A program made the position numbers and the translations under genes. Below the pieces are notes generated by a model. The model was not told where the DNA came from, did no database searches, and was given only the letters and a program-made list of their open reading frames with translations. From the NCBI GenBank assembly GCA_028703305.1, contig JAQVNC010000003.1, positions 5,270 through 69,269 on the forward strand: a stretch of 64,000 nt of DNA, read 5' to 3'. Shown here one piece after another: positions 45,912 to 52,893 of the stretch (position 1 is its first letter; each line of letters begins with the position of its first letter). Origin of the DNA: Patescibacteria group bacterium (GTDB lineage: Bacteria; Patescibacteriota; Patescibacteriia; Patescibacteriales; GWC2-42-12).

Positions 45912-46409
45912 TTATAAAACCTTGGCGTATAAATAACAATCTTTCATCTCTCCGTCTTTGCCTCTTACCGCTTTACGCATCTTCCCCTCTTTAATATAGC
46001 CGTTCTTTATGGCTACCTTTTCACTGGCTTTATTCTCCGGCTGCATAATTATTTCAATCCGCTTAAGTTTCAGCTTTTTAAAACAAACGGCTTCAATTAA
46101 TCTTACCGCCTGGCTGGCAATACCCTTACTCCAAAATTTTTCATCTATAAAATAACCGATTTCTCCGACATATTTTCTATGATAATTTATTTTTACGCCG
46201 ATGCCGCCGACAATCTCTCTGCCGTAAATAATCGTATAATTCCAATTAGTATTATCTTTTCTGCGCTTGATATTATTTTTTAAGAATTCTTTTTCGGCCG
46301 CGATTGATTTGGGGCGCGCGCCAAAATAACTGAAATGGTCATTATCCAAAATTTCAAAAAATCTTTTGGCATCGCTTACTTTTTGCAATCTTAATTTTAT
46401 TTTTGGCAT
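45912..46409 (-). CDS. GNAT-family N-acetyltransferase (RimJ/RimL-like)
   Basis: 165 aa. GYFIDEKFWSKGIASQAV and the ENKASEKVAIKNGY acetyl-CoA region. Confidence 0.75.
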   Translation of the reverse strand: MPKIKLRLQKVSDAKRFFEILDNDHFSYFGARPKSIAAEKEFLKNNIKRRKDNTNWNYTIIYGREIVGGIGVKINYHRKYVGEIGYFIDEKFWSKGIASQAVRLIEAVCFKKLKLKRIEIIMQPENKASEKVAIKNGYIKEGKMRKAVRGKDGEMKDCYLYAKVL

Positions 46410-46413
46410 AAAA

Positions 46414-46704
46414 TTAAATGATATTTAATTTATATCCATTAACTTCTTCCAATAATTTCAAGGTAGCAACTACCGACGGATTATCTGATTGCTCTATAAT
46501 AAATCTTTCGCCATACTTTTTTACCAATGGAGTTAAAAACTCATCGCCCCAAGACGGCAAAAAAGTATTAACTCCATCAAAGTCAACCTCAATTATTTCT
46601 GTTTTGCCTGTGGCGGATAATGAAGGCAAAAAAGCCGATAAAGCTTCTTTACCTAATTGCCTTGAATTTAGAGTTTGGCCAAATTTAATTAATTTAATTA
46701 TCAT
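46414..46704 (-). CDS. STAS-like DUF4325 domain protein
   Basis: 96 aa. IEVDFDGVNTFLPSWGDEFLTPL resembles the DUF4325 pattern (ldF.gV....sf.dEf). Confidence 0.5.
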   Translation of the reverse strand: MIIKLIKFGQTLNSRQLGKEALSAFLPSLSATGKTEIIEVDFDGVNTFLPSWGDEFLTPLVKKYGERFIIEQSDNPSVVATLKLLEEVNGYKLNII

Positions 46705-46722
46705 ATTATTTGAAGCCTTGGT

Positions 46723-47778
46723 TTATTTAAAATAATTATCAAGCGAAAATTTAAATTGCTCTATAAAAAGCTCTTTAAACAGGCGAGCGCTGTTTTGTTC
46801 GTAAAACAATATCATGGCCTTTTTATAATCACTTTCATTTATACTTCTAAAAGATAATGGGCAATAATCGTCGGCCAGTAGCAAAGCGTTACCGACCAGT
46901 CTGGAAGTTCTTTTGTTGCCATCTTCAAACGGCTGAATATAAGCAATCATTAAATTGGCCACCAACGATTTTTCAAGCGGATTTTTTAATTTGTTTATCG
47001 CTTTTACCATTTTTTCCAAAGCCTCTCTAATTTGATGCTGATTATCTAGCGGCCGATAGCTTGTCCCCGTTATACCCACTATATTTTTTCTTAAACCTTT
47101 ATTAATATTAAGATTTTTTATCAATAGCCCATGAACATTTTCTATAAATCTAATTGATAGCTTTTTTATCTGTTTTTTTTCTGAAAAAATGTAATCTAAA
47201 GCCGTTTTATGATTAAGAATCATTATTGCCTCTTCCCTTTTGTGCCCACTAGCCTCCCGCTTTTCTTTTATTAAAATTTCAGTATCAATTAAAGAATAAG
47301 TATTGCCCTCAATTTGTGATGATTTCCAGCTAAATTCAATCATGAGCCTCTCAATTTCTTTTTTTAATATTGCCTCGGGCATTTTTTTAATCCGATTTTG
47401 ATATTTTTTGTTAAGCAGCTCCGATTCGCTTAACTCGGTTTTACTAAAAATACCTGCCAATTTAGAGAAGAGATTAAAATTAAACCTGCTAAATTTTAGC
47501 TCCCTTGCGTCAGGGCCTTTAGAAAAATATTGCTCGGCGTCAAAAAAACCCAGCAAGTCATTGCTTAAATATTCTTTATAGGTGACATTCCTGCCCTTGC
47601 CGATTCTTTCAACCAGCTTTAATTTTAGCAATTTGTCTATATCTCTAACAACAGTAATTCTCGATAAAGTTTCGCCGTTTATTTTTTCTAAATACTCTTT
47701 AATGGCCTGGTTTGGCGTATTATTATTTTTTCTAATAAACTGCAAAATCAACGCCTGTCTTTTAGATATTTTTAGCAT
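46723..47778 (-). CDS. Fic-family protein with N-terminal wHTH; catalytic His of the Fic motif replaced by Gln
   Basis: Fic motif region IQPFEDGNKRTSRLVGNALLL (canonical HPFx[D/E]GN[G/K]R). Inhibitory-helix-like SSQIEGN. Confidence 0.75.
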   Translation of the reverse strand: MLKISKRQALILQFIRKNNNTPNQAIKEYLEKINGETLSRITVVRDIDKLLKLKLVERIGKGRNVTYKEYLSNDLLGFFDAEQYFSKGPDARELKFSRFNFNLFSKLAGIFSKTELSESELLNKKYQNRIKKMPEAILKKEIERLMIEFSWKSSQIEGNTYSLIDTEILIKEKREASGHKREEAIMILNHKTALDYIFSEKKQIKKLSIRFIENVHGLLIKNLNINKGLRKNIVGITGTSYRPLDNQHQIREALEKMVKAINKLKNPLEKSLVANLMIAYIQPFEDGNKRTSRLVGNALLLADDYCPLSFRSINESDYKKAMILFYEQNSARLFKELFIEQFKFSLDNYFK

Positions 47779-47843
47779 ATTTTATTGTTTCATTATTATA
47801 TTCTAATTGTATCATTTTGCAACAATTAAGTCAAGGCGAAAAT

Positions 47844-47888
47844 AAAAACCCGAGGGCAAAAAGTTTTTTAAACTTCTCGCGCCTCGGG
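47844..47888 (-). terminator. long-hairpin terminator downstream of hisG
   Basis: Minus strand: cccgagg...(aagttt/aaactt inner stem)...cctcggg followed by tttttatttt. Confidence 0.5.
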
Positions 47889-47909
47889 TGATGGGCTGGT
47901 TCGGACTTC

Positions 47910-48749
47910 TTACAATAATATATTAAAGTCCTGAACGATTATGCCGGTTGCTCCGGCAAGCTTAAGCCGAATTAACTGGTTAGCCAACTCATCTTTTAAA
48001 AGAACTGTCTCAATGGCAAAATCGCCATTGCTTAGGCTGGAAACGGTCGGAGCGTCAATCGCCGGCAACCAAGCCAGAATCTCTTCCTTCGCCTGGCTGC
48101 TGCAATCAAATTTAAGCAATGCCTGCTTCTCTGCCGCTAAAGCCCCGGACAGAATATCGCCAAGAATTCTTATTTGCGGCGCTTCTTGCTTGGCGATTAA
48201 AATTGTAGGGGAATCTAAAATCGTTGCAACAATTTTAAGGCCGTTGGCTTTAAGGCTGGCGCCGGTTTCGGTAACGCCGATTCCATAATCATACCCGCCA
48301 TAGAGAACCTTAGCTTCGGTACACCCATGGGAATAGGCTATCTTGGCCTTTTTGAAAATCAGCCCGGCCAGATTTAGATATTCCGTGGCGACCAAGATGT
48401 TTTCGTTATCCTCTAGCCGATCAGTCTTACCGAAAACCACCACCTTCGCGACATTTCTGGACTTTTTGGCGTACTTTAGTTCAATGATTTTCGCTAGTTT
48501 CGCCTCAAGACCGCTTTCAACAACGCAATCCCAGCCGCAGACACCGGCATCATATGCTCCCATCACAATCCCCATGGGAATGTCTTGTGGCCTGTCCAAA
48601 ACGAAGATTAACGTTAGATTACCGCTTTCCACACTGGCCATAAATTCCCTGTCGTTGAATTTAATGGCAATCCCAATCCTTTTAAACAAAAGCAATGTTG
48701 CCTCAAAAAGACTGCCGCTCGGTATGGCTATTCTATACTGTTTTTTCAT
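47910..48749 (-). CDS. hisG: ATP phosphoribosyltransferase, long form (catalytic plus HisG_C regulatory domain)
   Basis: YRIAIPSGSL.E.TL.LF...G, RPQDIPMGIVMGAYDAGVCGWDCVVE, GVTETGASLKANGL, C-terminal PTVSSL...LAGATGIIV. Start placed at MKKQYRIAIP (48749). Confidence 0.75.
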   Translation of the reverse strand: MKKQYRIAIPSGSLFEATLLLFKRIGIAIKFNDREFMASVESGNLTLIFVLDRPQDIPMGIVMGAYDAGVCGWDCVVESGLEAKLAKIIELKYAKKSRNVAKVVVFGKTDRLEDNENILVATEYLNLAGLIFKKAKIAYSHGCTEAKVLYGGYDYGIGVTETGASLKANGLKIVATILDSPTILIAKQEAPQIRILGDILSGALAAEKQALLKFDCSSQAKEEILAWLPAIDAPTVSSLSNGDFAIETVLLKDELANQLIRLKLAGATGIIVQDFNILL

Positions 48750-48783
48750 AATTACTTCCTTTCCCTTTAAATTTTTAAGGTTC

Positions 48784-48812
48784 AAAAAACCCTTCTTGGC
48801 TTTCAAGAAGGG
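48784..48812 (-). terminator. rho-independent terminator between the YerC-like gene and hisG
   Basis: Minus strand: cccttcttg-aaagc-caagaaggg-tttttt. Confidence 0.65.
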
Positions 48813-48841
48813 TGGAAGTTTGATTATGTTAAAATAAAAAC

Positions 48842-49162
48842 TCAACTCTTCTTAAAAGCATGAGAAGAGTTATGATGAGAATTTTGCCTGTCCAGCATTA
48901 AGCGATAGCCGCCGGCGCCATTATTAAGCCATAAAGCCACGCGCGCTACGGTCGTTGTGCTAACGCCCAGCTTTTTCGCGATTTCGCGGTACGGCAAGCC
49001 TATATTTACCATTCTGGCGATTTGCCAGCGTTCGCTCATCTCTCTTATTTCATCAATGGTACATAAATCACAAAAAAAAGACTCGGCTTCTTTTACGGTT
49101 TTTAAGCTAATTATAGCTTTAAACAATTTATCGGTTTTTTTATTAAATTTGAATTTTTCCAT
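48842..49162 (-). CDS. TrpR-like YerC/YecD-family DNA-binding protein
   Basis: FFCDLCTIDEIREMSERWQIARMV..G..YREIAKKLGVSTTTVARV is typical of YerC/YecD (Trp-repressor fold). Confidence 0.75.
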   Translation of the reverse strand: MEKFKFNKKTDKLFKAIISLKTVKEAESFFCDLCTIDEIREMSERWQIARMVNIGLPYREIAKKLGVSTTTVARVALWLNNGAGGYRLMLDRQNSHHNSSHAFKKS

Positions 49163-49248
49163 ACGTATTAGCTTAATTTTGTATCACTATATTAATACAT
49201 TAGCACAAGAGGAAAAAGCTGTCAAGGGATTATAGTATTTAATAAAAA

Positions 49249-50139
49249 TTAATCAAACAGATCCGTGCTTAAATACTTTTCTCCCCTGTCCGGGAATAAT
49301 GCCACAATTTCGCCGCTTGCCATTTTTTTAGCTTCTTCCATGGCGGCATACATGGCCGCGCCGCTGGACACGCCGATGAAAATTCCCTCTTGGAGCGCCA
49401 ACTGCCTGGCGGTCTCGTAAGCCGGTTCGTTATATACCACGACTTTTTTATCCAATTCGGCTTCGTTATAAATTTCAGGCACAATTGCTTCTTTCATATT
49501 TTTTAGCCCGGCGATCTTGTGGTTAAATTGCGGTTCCACGCCTAAAATTTTTATATTGGGATTATGCTCTTTTAATCTTCGGCCGATGCCCATTAAGGTG
49601 CCGGATGTTCCCATGCCGGCCACAAACATAGTAATGCCCGGCAAATCTTTAATTATTTCTTCGGCCGTGCCTTTATAGTGGGCCAAAGGATTATTCGGAT
49701 TGCCAAACTGATTGGGCAACCAATAAAGACCCGGGTTGGCGCCATACAGTTCACGCGCCTTGATAATCGCCCCGTCCGTGCCTTTAAGCGGGTCAGTTTC
49801 TATTAACTCGGCGCCCAGAGCTTTTAGCATTCTTTTTCTTTCCTGGCTCATGCCGGCCGACATGGTTAAAATAATTTTATAGCCTTTAACCGCGGCGACC
49901 ATAGCCAAGCCGATGCCGGTATTGCCCGAAGTCGGCTCAAGAATAATTTTATCGCGGGTTAACTCGCCGCTTTTCTCCGCGGCTTCAATCATAAACAAAC
50001 CGATTCTATCCTTGGTTGAGCCGCCTGGATTTTGGCCTTCAAGTTTCGCGTAAATATTAACTTTTTTATTGGGATTGATTTTGTTTATTTTTACCAATGG
50101 CGTCTTGCCGATTGCTTCTAAGATATTTTGATATAACAT
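49249..50139 (-). CDS. cysK: cysteine synthase (O-acetylserine sulfhydrylase family, PLP-dependent)
   Basis: GKTPLVKI, EGQNPGGSTKDRI (PLP Lys), EPTSGNTGIGLA, GTSGTLMG. Confidence 0.88.
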   Translation of the reverse strand: MLYQNILEAIGKTPLVKINKINPNKKVNIYAKLEGQNPGGSTKDRIGLFMIEAAEKSGELTRDKIILEPTSGNTGIGLAMVAAVKGYKIILTMSAGMSQERKRMLKALGAELIETDPLKGTDGAIIKARELYGANPGLYWLPNQFGNPNNPLAHYKGTAEEIIKDLPGITMFVAGMGTSGTLMGIGRRLKEHNPNIKILGVEPQFNHKIAGLKNMKEAIVPEIYNEAELDKKVVVYNEPAYETARQLALQEGIFIGVSSGAAMYAAMEEAKKMASGEIVALFPDRGEKYLSTDLFD

Positions 50140-50155
50140 ATAATTTTTATTAATT

Positions 50156-50183
50156 AAAAAACTCCCGGCGATCCCGAGAGTTT
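50156..50183 (-). terminator. rho-independent terminator 16 nt upstream of the cysK ATG (attenuator terminator candidate)
   Basis: Minus strand: aaactctcgg-gatcg-ccgggagttt-ttt. 10-bp stem with one G-U, followed by a T-run. Confidence 0.7.
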
Positions 50184-50208
50184 ATTGGCTGAAATATGGC
50201 TGATTGAT

Positions 50209-50298
50209 TTAACTACATAAGCTACAACAACCAACTCTCGAGATAAATACGAGAGTAGAGCAACAGAAATTTAATTTTACTATTATTGCTTTGTTCAT
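50209..50298 (-). CDS. 29-codon Cys-rich leader mini-ORF (MNKAIIVKLNFCCSTLVFISRVGCCSLCS)
   Basis: The ATG sits 6 nt after the -10 box, so it would be leaderless. 5 of 29 codons are Cys (CC, CC, C). It overlaps alternative hairpin segments upstream of cysK. Confidence 0.5.
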   Translation of the reverse strand: MNKAIIVKLNFCCSTLVFISRVGCCSLCS

Positions 50299-50304
50299 AG
50301 TTTT

Positions 50305-50333
50305 AATATATAGCTTGATTTTAGTCATGTCAA
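50305..50333 (-). promoter_or_regulatory. sigma70-like promoter (TTGACA-N17-TATATT) driving the Cys-rich mini-ORF and cysK leader
   Basis: Minus strand: ttgaca (50333-50328), exact 17-nt spacer, tatatt (50310-50305). Confidence 0.55.
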
Positions 50334-50450
50334 GATATTTACTGTAACGTTCGCGATATACAACAATTCTTGTTATTTGTTTATTTAAATTTCCAATAAT
50401 TACTCTGGTATTTATAGCTAACTTCATTATCATAATTACCAAAAATTTAT

Positions 50451-50487
50451 ATAAAAAAGGTGCCACGATAAAACTAATTGGCACCTT
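50451..50487 (-). terminator. rho-independent terminator of the HEAT-repeat gene
   Basis: Minus strand: aaggtgcca-(13 nt)-tggcacctt-ttttat. Confidence 0.6.
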
Positions 50488-50498
50488 ATCTAAAAAAT

Positions 50499-50882
50499 TT
50501 ATTTCGTTTGCCCTCTGATATACTGAAGACATAATGGCGATATTTCTTTTTCGATAAAAGAAATTATTTCGGTTCTTTCGCGTATTTGAGGATCAATCTT
50601 TAACAAACCCCAAAAAGCCGTCCCACGTATTGATGCTTCCATATCACACAAAAGCCGAAATAATGATTCTTCAAATCTTTTATCTCCTGTTTCTGAAACA
50701 AACCTCGCCGCTGCTAACCGTACTTTTTTAGAGCTATCGTTTTCGAGAATATTGATCAGAATTGTATCAATTTTCTCGTCTCTAACCCCTGCATGTTGAA
50801 GAATGTAAATTGCATCTTCACGAGCAATCGGATCAGGATCATCCATCTGTCTTTTTATGAGCCCCCAATCCACTTTTACCAT
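50499..50882 (-). CDS. HEAT-repeat (PBS-lyase-like) protein
   Basis: DPDPIAREDAIYIL, DSSKKVRLAAARFV and ASIRGTAFWGL helical-repeat signatures. SD ggaggg. Confidence 0.6.
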   Translation of the reverse strand: MVKVDWGLIKRQMDDPDPIAREDAIYILQHAGVRDEKIDTILINILENDSSKKVRLAAARFVSETGDKRFEESLFRLLCDMEASIRGTAFWGLLKIDPQIRERTEIISFIEKEISPLCLQYIRGQTK

Positions 50883-51396
50883 AAGACCCTCCTTCCAATA
50901 ATAACCTAAGTTCCTTTATTGTTTCATCGATATGATAGATTTGAATACCTACAAAGGGAATGTGAAAACCTTTCTGACGCATTAATTCCTTCAGCTCTTC
51001 AATAAAAATTCCTTGACCTCCTTGATAAGAGCCAGGCCGATTACCGGTTAGCCGCTTGACAGCGCAAGATGGAGAAAAATCTACCCCAATTATCACTTCT
51101 ATACTTTTGCCATTTTTAAGGAGCATCTCCATAAACCAAATACTCTCCATAGCAACCTTTCTGCAAATTCGATGATTTTCTTCAGTATCATATTTCGGTT
51201 TACCGCATGGTCTACGATTGAAAAAGTCAAATACCAATTCGGGGCACCTCATCTGAATAATGTTGACCTTATGTTCTATTAATAACTCAACGACTGGCGT
51301 TACAACTGAAGCATAATGCTTCACTATACCTGAAGCTCTCACTCCCTGCGCCAGCAAACAAAAAGGAACAAATACATATTTATGGCTTCTTATCAT
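50839..51396 (-). CDS. divergent DUF523/TudS-like Cys-motif protein
   Basis: Retains three landmark motifs in the order of the neighbouring DUF523 protein: PFCLLAQG, MRCPEL, FSPSCAV. SD gaggagg. Confidence 0.5.
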   Translation of the reverse strand: MIRSHKYVFVPFCLLAQGVRASGIVKHYASVVTPVVELLIEHKVNIIQMRCPELVFDFFNRRPCGKPKYDTEENHRICRKVAMESIWFMEMLLKNGKSIEVIIGVDFSPSCAVKRLTGNRPGSYQGGQGIFIEELKELMRQKGFHIPFVGIQIYHIDETIKELRLLLEGGSYGKSGLGAHKKTDG

Positions 51397-51439
51397 TACT
51401 TTTCCTCCTCTTTTTTAATTTTTGCTAAATTAAATATTA

Positions 51440-51892
51440 TTACAATTCTTCAATTTTGTCAATATTATTAATTTTTAATATTGCGGCAAGCACTCCGCAA
51501 CCTTTTATCTTTTTACCGTTAAATTCTCCCGAATATATTTTATTAACACCGCAAGAAGGACTGCCAGATTTTAATATAGCTCTTCTAATATTATGTTTTT
51601 TAACAACATTATTAAAAATAATTTTTGCTCCTTCAATAAATATTTTTGTATAATTATTTCCTTTTTTATCTATTACCAAAGCTTTACCATCCATAACATC
51701 AAAACCATTTCCGTTAACTATTTCGCACGCTGGTCTTGGAGTTTTTTGCCCAGCTGATATTTCCGGACAAACTAAAATAGAATTTCCTTCTAAAAATAAT
51801 TTTAGTGCTTTTTTATTTATTTTAACCTTTTTGTTATACCTACAAGGTATACCTAAAAGGCAAGCGCTTATAATTGTGTCATACTTTTTCAT
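51440..51892 (-). CDS. DUF523-family protein (TudS-type [4Fe-4S] thiouracil desulfidase family)
   Basis: ISACLLGIPCRYN, LVCPEISAGQKTPRPACEI, ILKSGSPSCG, GCGVLAAIL. Confidence 0.75.
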   Translation of the reverse strand: MKKYDTIISACLLGIPCRYNKKVKINKKALKLFLEGNSILVCPEISAGQKTPRPACEIVNGNGFDVMDGKALVIDKKGNNYTKIFIEGAKIIFNNVVKKHNIRRAILKSGSPSCGVNKIYSGEFNGKKIKGCGVLAAILKINNIDKIEEL

Positions 51893-51919
51893 AAATAATA
51901 ATATAATAATTAAATTTTA

Positions 51920-51953
51920 TAAAAAAATGGGGGCGGTAAAAAATAGCCCCCAT
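51920..51953 (-). terminator. rho-independent terminator downstream of the PP-loop gene
   Basis: Minus strand: atgggggc-tattttttacc-gcccccat-ttttttt. Confidence 0.7.
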
Positions 51954-51960
51954 GGCGAAA

Positions 51961-52725
51961 TCAAATATTGGGTTCTTGAATATCCCCCGGTCTAAGAACC
52001 ATATCGAAATTCTGAATGATCTCGGTTGTTTTATAGAGATATTTCTTAATTTCCTCTTCTTTTGCGACAGAAAAGGCATCTGACCACATACAGACCGCTT
52101 CCTGTTTCAGAATGCTTACGCCCAATTCTCTGATAGTGTGGTTTACCTTCTCTTTATCACTTAGAAAACTATAGAGCGGGGAAGAATAGAAAAGCCCATT
52201 CTTCTGAAACAAATCTCTGGCGAAACTCATAAATATCTCAGTCTGCTCCGGGAAGCCGGATTGACGTTCGGCGTAACCATCCATTATAATATCTACGCCT
52301 ATCTCCTTGGCGAATCTTATTGCAGCGAAATTCATGACGAGTTTACAGGCAACACATATAAGGAGCGTGGAAAAGCCGTGCTCCTTAAAATCTTTTTCTA
52401 TCTGCTGCATGCCGGCAATCCTCATTATTTGGCTTACGCGCCGCATATGAAATTGGACATCAGTAGAAGAAAAGATGCTTTTAATATGAGCTGCCTGCCT
52501 TTCAGGAGATCTGACTCGACTCAATAAACCGTTATCCAAAAAAAGAAGATATAATTGACTCTGTGGGAAGGCGTGACAAAAAGCCGCGGCTACAGCAGTA
52601 CTATCTCTACCGCCCGAAAACAGTAAAATAGCTCTGCCACTAAATCCCTTTGGCAATTCGTTTAGAGCTCTCGCGACATCTTCAATTGCCTTTCGCGCCA
52701 TTGGTCCATACTGCTTATTTTCCAT
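51961..52725 (-). CDS. PP-loop ATP pyrophosphatase, TtcA/TtuA-like (three-Cys arrangement)
   Basis: LFSGGRDS PP-loop. C124-x2-C127 (ICVACK) followed by EIGVDIIMDGY, and C212 about 85 aa later. SD aaggagg. Confidence 0.65.
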   Translation of the reverse strand: MENKQYGPMARKAIEDVARALNELPKGFSGRAILLFSGGRDSTAVAAAFCHAFPQSQLYLLFLDNGLLSRVRSPERQAAHIKSIFSSTDVQFHMRRVSQIMRIAGMQQIEKDFKEHGFSTLLICVACKLVMNFAAIRFAKEIGVDIIMDGYAERQSGFPEQTEIFMSFARDLFQKNGLFYSSPLYSFLSDKEKVNHTIRELGVSILKQEAVCMWSDAFSVAKEEEIKKYLYKTTEIIQNFDMVLRPGDIQEPNI

Positions 52726-52787
52726 ATCTCGCCTCCTTATCCCTTTCTGTAATGTAGTTATTTTATTGTTAATTTTATCTATATTTT

Positions 52788-52816
52788 ATATTAATAAATA
52801 TAAAAAATTTTGTCAA
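52788..52816 (-). promoter_or_regulatory. sigma70-like promoter (TTGACA-N17-TAATAT) for the PP-loop gene
   Basis: Minus strand: ttgaca (52816-52811), 17-nt spacer, taatat (52793-52788). Confidence 0.45.
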
Positions 52817-52893
52817 ATTAAATTTATTATTTGTGCCAAGAACAAAAGACAGGACAAACATTTCTTCGCTAATGCAAATTGTTTTTAAAATTT

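Noticed and set aside
48842-48900. His-containing C-terminus of the YerC-like protein (..NSHHNSSHAFKKS*) just before a terminator and hisG. I considered it as a histidine attenuation leader.
   Set aside because: There are only three scattered His codons, at the end of a 106-aa folded protein. I could find no alternative antiterminator pairing. It is more likely coincidence.
50209-50532. The 107-aa minus-strand ORF from the track.
   Set aside because: Its 5' part overlaps the HEAT-repeat gene and runs through that gene's terminator hairpin and the TTGACA promoter. Only the last 29 codons (50209-50298), downstream of the promoter, make sense as a translated unit.
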